Source: Octopus sinensis (taxonomy: Eukaryota). Taken from it: DNA of 64,000 bases. The notes under the pieces are model-generated. The model had not been told where the DNA came from. It worked only from the letters and a program-made list of their open reading frames with translations, and ran no database searches. Location: the NCBI RefSeq assembly GCF_006345805.1, contig NC_042998.1:86862001-86926000 (forward strand), given 5' to 3'. Within the stretch, counting starts at the first letter, position 1. Every line of letters begins with the position of its first letter. A program made the position numbers and the translations under genes. Of this stretch, positions 43,701-52,400 are shown piece by piece.

Positions 43701-45354
43701 TATACATGACAGAGTGTAAGCGCCCTGAGAGAAATGTTGGACATAAGAAGCATCAGATCTGGCGTGTAAGAGAGACGTTTGCGCTGGTATGGTCATGTAC
43801 TACGGATGGATGAGGAGAGTTGTGTGAAGAAGTGCCACTCCCAAACAGTTGAAGGAATCCGGTGTAGAGGTAGACCCAGGAAGAAATGGGATGAAGTGGT
43901 CAAGCATGACCATCGAACATTGGGCCCCACAGAGGCAATAACGAAAGACCGAGATCTCTGGAGATATGCTATGACTGCGAAGATCTGACAAATAACGTGA
44001 GTTCATGACTGTTTCCTCCACCAGCTTCACATAACAACCCCAGCCCATCCAAAGTACCTTGGATCGCAGGACGGCCTGCTGCGCTTACCTTGGATCGCAG
44101 AGTGACCTGCTGTATTTGAGGAGACCTATTGAGTTAAGTACATCAACATCAAAATAAATATCAAATGGAAATTGTAGTTGTGATACCCATGCCGGTGGCA
44201 CATAAAAAGCACCATCCGAACGTGGCCGATGCCAGCTCCGCTTTGACCGGCTTCCCTGCCGGTAGCATGTAAAAAGCACCAACTGTTTCTACCACGTCAA
44301 GTGACCAAGAATCTGTTGTTGGCCAGTTTTTTTTTTCAAGAGGCCAAATTTAGTAGAGTTGTGTTTAAAAGCCTTAACAGAAGTTAGTAAACAATCTAGA
44401 ATTTAATTCCTTCTCAGATTAGGTATTATTGGCTCAGTTAATTGGTTTAAAATCCATTTTCCAATTTTTGCATGAACCAGATGGAATTCATTGTGGTAGA
44501 TTTTCTGCAGCTGGATGCTCTTTTCAGTGCTATCCATCATCTGTTCCAAGCAAGGTAATACTTTCCTATGGCCAGTTACGTTTCCATGGAAGATTGAAGA
44601 ATATGTTCATTTACATCCATCACGAGATGTCAAGGCCATTGGATACACACAGACACAGTCACACACACACAAACACATTCTCACACGCAAACATACACAC
44701 ACACACATGCATGACAAGCTTCTTTCAGTTCTTGTCTACCAACTTCACCCATAATTATTTCGGAGTTAAAAAAAATCCTGGCATCATATTCATAGAAACC
44801 AAAAGAAAATGCTAATCATAATCATGCAATCCATTTCAGCCATATTTTGAGATTGATCACAATACGGGAAATATTACTCTAAAGGAAAAACTAGACAGAG
44901 AAACATTTGAGCGTATCATACTAAAAGTTGAAGTATCAGATCAGAATACTGTTGTGGGAGTTGGAACAGCAACAGGTAAGGAAATATATCTCTTATGCGA
45001 ATGTTCTTTATTATAATAAACTTCTTATTGTTATTCATACACTTAACTTGGTAAACACCCACAAAGTTATCAACCACCTCACCAACAACAACACTGAACA
45101 CCTTTTTGATCTCCATGTGTCTAACACACATGGACATGCCTACAAAGTCAGAAAACAACACAGCTCCCATGACTTTCGGAAACATTTTTTCACGCTCAGA
45201 GTTGCTGAAGCATGGAATAAACTGCCTGCGTCAGTTGTTGACTGCCATGACACTGCATCCTTTAAGGCCCTCATGCTTTCCGAAATCCGCCGAAACTACA
45301 CCTGATTATATATACACTTTAGATGAGTTGTAGTGCACCTGAGCACTGTACACA

Positions 45355-45396
<42 letters not shown>

Positions 45397-48300
45397 TCGC
45401 CTGTAGCTATGTTCTGTGTTCAAATTCCACTGTGGTCAACTTTACCAGTCATCCTTTCAGGGTCAATAAATTAAGTACCAGTTAAGTACTGGGATATTGT
45501 TAAGAATAAATTTTTAAAAACATGACTTATCGGCCGGCGAATTACTGTTGATTAAACCGAAATAAGAGTACTTTAACATTTATACTAAAAGTCACGTGAT
45601 AAATATGGCGTCCATTACCCAGAGATAAATACATATTAAATTTACTTTAATAATAACGAAATTATCGAAAAAAGGTCTACCTAAAGTAAATTATTTATTG
45701 AAAATTTAAAATACTTAAAACTTTTAAATCTACAAAAATTATAACTATAACACGTACGAAATTTATGTATTACGTAAATAATGCTATAAAACATTGTAAC
45801 AATACACATATTATCGTTGAATTCTTTATTAGTAAAAAGGTAATTATTTATTCCAATTATATATAATAATGTAATGTCTACAGTGTATTCTAAGCTAATT
45901 ATATGTATTTAACACTACTAATCATAACTATAAATGGGTAACTTTACATGGATTTTAATAAATCAATACATCATCTAAACTTATCATATAAATAATTTAA
46001 TTTATGCCTACATTTAATATTACGTTTATCTTGGCAGTTAATTAAATTTCTATCAGCTAATAATATCTCTGGGAGTAAAATCATTCTCCCGTTCTAATGA
46101 ACTTGGATATGGTTTTATTATATGATTTTATATAGTCCTAATTCAGCCATGAAATGCGCGTAGTCAATGTACAAGTACTTACTTTTATTCATTATATTAT
46201 TGTATTAATTTTTATTGTTCAATTTATACTATTTTTGATTTTAGATTAATATTTTTGTGATGAATATTTCTTTGTATGGTATTCGCTGTGATTTTAAAAG
46301 TATTTGCTCTTAAATATTATATGATTGTAATAATCTTACTGTTCAATAGTATATATTATTAACATTTTAGATTAGTATTTTGTATGGTATATGTCTCACA
46401 ACATGGTTTTGGACGCGCTCTTCATTCACTGAGTTGTGGAATGGTGATTCGTCTCTAAATTAGTTATATACATATATTACATATTATATATTACGAAGTT
46501 CAGTCTAATATTATTATACTGAATTTTACCTGTAAGGTTGGAATAATAATTTATTCCCTAATATTATATATATATATATAGATAGATAGATATACGGGTG
46601 TGTGTGATTGTGTATAGAAGAATATATTAATAAAAGGAATTCCAACCTTGTCTGATTTTCACATTTTATTTACAATCTCATAATGATATAAGATAATATA
46701 ATATAATAGAATGTTAAATGTTCATTCTGATTGAACTAGTACTTTCATGCATTAAATTCTGCAATCTTCATGTTCATGAAGTAGTGGTGACAGTCATGCT
46801 TCACAATTTTTGACTGTAGCGAGATGATTGAATCTGTGCCTTAAATACAGCTGTGTGGGCTCCAGATTGCTAGGTTTTGCAAACTGTATTCTGACCAATC
46901 AGTGTGTAGTATCACTCAATTACTTAAGCTGATTGGTTTAGGCGTCACGCTTTGTTGGACATGTCAAGAGTCCTGTATCTTAACCCTGGCCAAGGCAGTA
47001 ATTGTTGGGCTATTTTTAGAAATGTTGTAAATATATATATATATATATATATTAATTACCCGAATAAATATACAAAATTGTAATAACAAAATAACGTTAT
47101 ATATTGACTTGGAAATGTTTATACATACTAATTTTCTAAACCAATATTATCTAAAATCAATGGTAAAGTCAAATATTTAGGGTATGTTTACAGTTACTCT
47201 GTAACTTATTGCAAAAACTAGCGGTTTCTCATCATCTTTTTCTGTCCCACTGTCTCTTTCTCCTTGATCAAATAAAAATGTTCCTGCAGCACCTGTTTTA
47301 AATTTCAAAAATAAGCATATAATTTCAACACTTGTCTTTTCATTTTAAAGCTCGTAGTATGCAGTACTTGTTAAAATGAGCATACATTACTCAAGCTAGG
47401 GATAAATTCGTATCATCATCCTCCTCCTTCTCGTCATCATCATCGTTTAACGTCCGCTTTCCATGCTAGCGTGGGTTGGACGGTTTATATATATATATAT
47501 ATATTTTAATGAATTACCACTTTTGTTTATTTTACCATCACATATGTATCAATTATTTTCGCATCCTAACTGATGCATCTATCTATACTCACATTCCGAA
47601 GAGATTTACTTAAACCAGAAAATTGAAGTGATCATAAATGCTACCTTCATCTCTGCTTCTTCCTTCTTTGTTATCTAATTAAATTAAAGGCATACCAGCA
47701 AAAACCACGAGTTTCCCATTGTTATTATATCCATTTTCTTCTCATATATATACATTATTTAAAAGCAGCAGAAATTCAACAAAACCTGTTACTCGGAGTT
47801 TCACGTTCCTGTTCGTAGTCTTTTTTCCACCTTGTTTCACATTTATGTGTTTACTCCGGTATATATATATATATATATAGGTGAGAGAGTTGGTATGTGA
47901 AAGAACGTGGTTGGATGTATAAAAGACAAAAAATAGTGAAAAAACTACAGAAGGCTTGTGTTACATGGTTAAAGAATATATTTAAACCGTCATGTTAGAA
48001 AAATGTTATAAAATTTTGCGTATACCAACATAGTTTTTGGAGAAATAACCGATTTCGTAATTTCTTTTCAAATTTCTCAAATTTCTTTACCTATATCGTG
48101 TCATGTCTTCGCTAGAAATGCTCAAAGCAACTACTACCACAATTTATTATCTTTCCATTCTATCAATGTGCCAATTGAAAAATATAAGCCAAAACTTAAC
48201 CATTTCTAACATTTTTAAATAAGGAAATTCCCCTCATTGAAAAATATAAAGCAAAACCTAACCACCTGTAACATTCTATTCCTTCTAAACCAGATCATGT

Positions 48301-49326
48301 TAAATTAGTCATTCCCAACATGTTTGATTGTCTCCCTTATACCGGAAAAAATCCCTGAACTCCATATTTCACAACATAGCAAAGACATGACACAATATAG
48401 GTTAAAAAATTTGAGAAATTTGAAAAGAAAATACAAAACAGGTTATTTCTCCAAAACCTATGTTACTATACGCAAAATTTTATAACATTTTTCTAAGATA
48501 ACGATTTAAATATATTCTTTAACCATATAACACAAGCCTTCTGTAGTTTTTTACTCTTTTTAGTCTTTAATATATATATTCGTTTGTGTATGCCTGTGTT
48601 TATCCCCTATCCATCACTTGACAACCAATGTTAATGTGTTTGCGTCTCTGTAACATAGCAGTTCAGTAAAATGGACTGGTAGTATAAGTACCAAGCTTAC
48701 AAAGAATAAGTCTTGGGGTCTAGCATGGTCAAATGATTGAAACAAGTAAAAGAATTTTTTCAATAATTTTTTTGCTTCATATTTACAGTTATAAAATAGA
48801 GCATAAAATATAGTAGGAATATTTGATAAACTTTAAATCCTTTAATGAATTAATTATACAATGAACTATTGGAAAAAATGATAATTTCTAAATTAATCGC
48901 AAAGTACTCTCTTTTTCTTTCCTCAGGATTTTTGACAATTACAATCAAGGATATAAATGATTGTTACCCAGTTTTTAGAGAAAATTTTACATTACTAAAT
49001 TTGGTTGAAAACTATCCTGTCGGAAGCATTATTGCAACACTTACAGCCACTGATGATGACAAAAATGACTTTGTAACATATAAAATTCTCGACAGTTCTA
49101 ACAAGTTTGGCATTAACGATAAAACTGGTACATATCTATTTTCTTTTACTCTATTTTAACTACTTTTTTCTAGTTTCAAGGTAATTAGTGTGTTGTACTT
49201 TATGAAATTTTAATAACCGTTAATGTTAATATGGTCTTACTACGTAAATTTACATCTCTGCAATACCTTAAATGGACTTTTGAATAGTAACGCTTGAGAC
49301 ATTTGATAAATCTCTCTCTCTTTCTT

Positions 49327-49413
<87 letters not shown>

Positions 49414-52400
49414 ATGATACTAGTCAACCATCTACAAGGTTCAAATGAGGTCTACAATAGAATATTGCTCCCACATGAGACAGCGATACTGCTATGCATA
49501 CTCATATACTGGATTGCTTCCAGAGAAAGCTGTTTGACACTCCAGCTTTTGGACCTCAAACATACTGATCTGCTACCTGTCTTTTCTCTTGCTACTGTAA
49601 TGGTCTCTGCTTCATGGAGCTGGCTAGCCTTGTACAACCTCTATTCTAAAGCAACCCCCCTGCTTCATGTCTCTCTCCATCTCTTACCACTCTTGATGCA
49701 TCCAACATCCCTTTCTTCACTCTCTGGAATCTTCTTGTTTCTTGTCTTTCCTGCAATGCTGACCTTCAATGGATCATTAATGGCATTAATCTCACCAGTC
49801 TTGTGGGGTTTTTCAAGGGTGAAATTCTCTGCGCCAGCAAATTCTTTGTCCCAGCAAATAAAATGGTAAATCCAATTATTAGATAACCTGGTATCTATTT
49901 CCAATAGCTAAATAAAAGAAGCAACAAGGAATAAAACGTTCTCCTTGATTACACAATGAAATGTCTTTTGTGGTTTGTCCCACTGATCATTGAAAGCTAG
50001 TGTATCAACTGTTTGCTTTGGTTTGTTCTGTTCAGGAACATACATAGACTGATGCTATAGTAATGAAGCTAAAGCACGCAGAATGAAGCCACTTGGCACA
50101 GATTGACCATAAACTCTGCTGTGCATGCAGTTTTAACTTCAAGCTCACTTCTGCTGTTTACAGAAGTGCTTGAAAGGAAGGTGTGTAATGTGTGATCGTT
50201 GTATTGACCATGTCTGTGAAAGTTGAGCAGAGAATTTGCATCAAATTTTGTCAAAAGCTTGGTGATACCTGCTCAGAGGCCTACACAATTTTTCAAAACC
50301 TTTTCATTATTCATAACATAATCAAGATCTTGTGCAACTGAAACCCAAGTGTCCTTTGGTCAGCTGAAAGTAGTTTTGGTACAAACCTGGCAGACATGCA
50401 TTTCATACCCAAATCTTCAGTGATAATGGACTGAACTGAACTGTAACTAATCTGCACATCCTCTAATAACTCATGGATGGTGATTTGATGATTTCTCCTC
50501 ACAGCTGTATACACATCTGCGATGTTTTTTTCACTTCTATTGGTTGTAGGTCTCCCAGAATGTCAATATTGACATTTTTTTGGCCATCTAGGAAATGTTG
50601 GAATCACACATAGACGTGCATGTAGCTCATAACCTCCTCTCCATACACTTTCTGCAACTTTACATAGGTCTCTGAGCAGGTATCACCATGACAACTTTCT
50701 CTGTCATGGTTAATGCAATGATTACATGCTACACACCTTCCTTCCAAGCACTGCTGTAAAAAGCAGAAGTGATCTAGAACATTAAAACTTAGTACATATG
50801 CACAGCAGAGTTGAAAGCCGATCTTTACTAAGTGGCTTCACTCTGTGTGCTCTAGCTTTGTTACTATGGCAACAGTCCAAATACTTATTGATCAGACCTC
50901 ACATATCTCAAGGTTGAAGATAGGGGAAGAATTTACTTGAAGGGGACCACTGGTGTTGTTTAACTTCAGATCATCTTTAAATTGAGCAGACCAATGATTA
51001 AAGGCATTCCAGCAATGACCATCTTCTCTTTCTCCTGAGCATTGGTATGCATTATATAACATGTCCAGGTTTTCAAGACTACAGATTATGATTTGAAGGA
51101 GATTTGACTTTTATATTTAGCAAATTGAATTATTATTTAGAGGTTACTTCATTGCTTCAAGGAACCATATGAAGAAATAAGTACTTCTATTCAGTATGAC
51201 TGTTGGCTTGGTTAACATTTGTAATTAACTACTCAGAAAATTAAAGTATTTTATTTTTGTCTATAAAATGGCATTTTTATCTATTGTAAATTTTTTCAAT
51301 TTTCAGGTGAAATTTCATTAAAAACAGAGCTGGATCGTGAAGAAAATCCAAACATCACATTTAATGTAGTGGCCAGTGATTCCTTGTTACCAACATTATC
51401 TTCCACGGCAACAGTTTTTGTTGTTGTTGAAGATTTTAATGATAATGCCCCAGAATTTCAGAACCTTGTATCTATATTACCTGTACCAGAAGACACTTCT
51501 GTAAATACCACAATTACTACAATAACAACTACTGATAAAGATATAGGAATACATGCGAATGTTAGTTATACTCTGACAGTTTCTGGTGGAAATTCTCCTT
51601 TTAAAATTGATAAAATAACTGTAAGTGTTAAATAATTTCTTGTATTAAGTTGTTAATTCTTTTCCCTTTTCAAAACACTTCATAAAATTTGACAGAAATA
51701 ATCATTGGTTGAGTGGCTCAAAATGATGAAAATTTGGTTTGATTGTCTCCAAAGATACATAAATAAATACATAGATATGCAACTTTGTGTGTGTGTGTGT
51801 GTGTGTATGTGTGTGCGTGCATGCATGTGTGTATGTGTGTGCATGCATGTGCGCAGTGATGGATTTGAGAGTTTTGGCTATTTACAAGTTGATTTCTTAA
51901 TCTCACCAGTTATGAAATACCTATAATGGTGATACTTAAAAGACAAAAAAATTTTTTTTTAAATTAAACTTTCAGATTTCCTAATAAGCAAGTCGCCATA
52001 TTATTCATATCCCTCAATAAACTACAGTTCATTTGATTCACCTGCCATCATTGCAAAACATTCAAAACACTTCTCAAATTCTGTGCAATCTCTTCGGTCA
52101 AACTCCAGTGTTTGACCAGAGCAACAAAAAAAAAAAAATAGTGCAATAGGTGTAAAACAACATGTAGTAAACAAATATGAAAAAAAAATGTGTACTGGAG
52201 AACGGCGGGGGTGGGGGGCTCGGAAAATTCACATTGGGAATGTTCTAAGTCCTCTCACCACTTCCCCATTTGTCAGCAAAATTTTTTTCTTCATATTCAT
52301 TTACTACACATTATTTTACACCTAGTACACTATTTTGTTTTTCAATTTTTGTGACGGGGTGGGTGGGTAGGGTGCAGACACGGATAATTCACACAATCCA

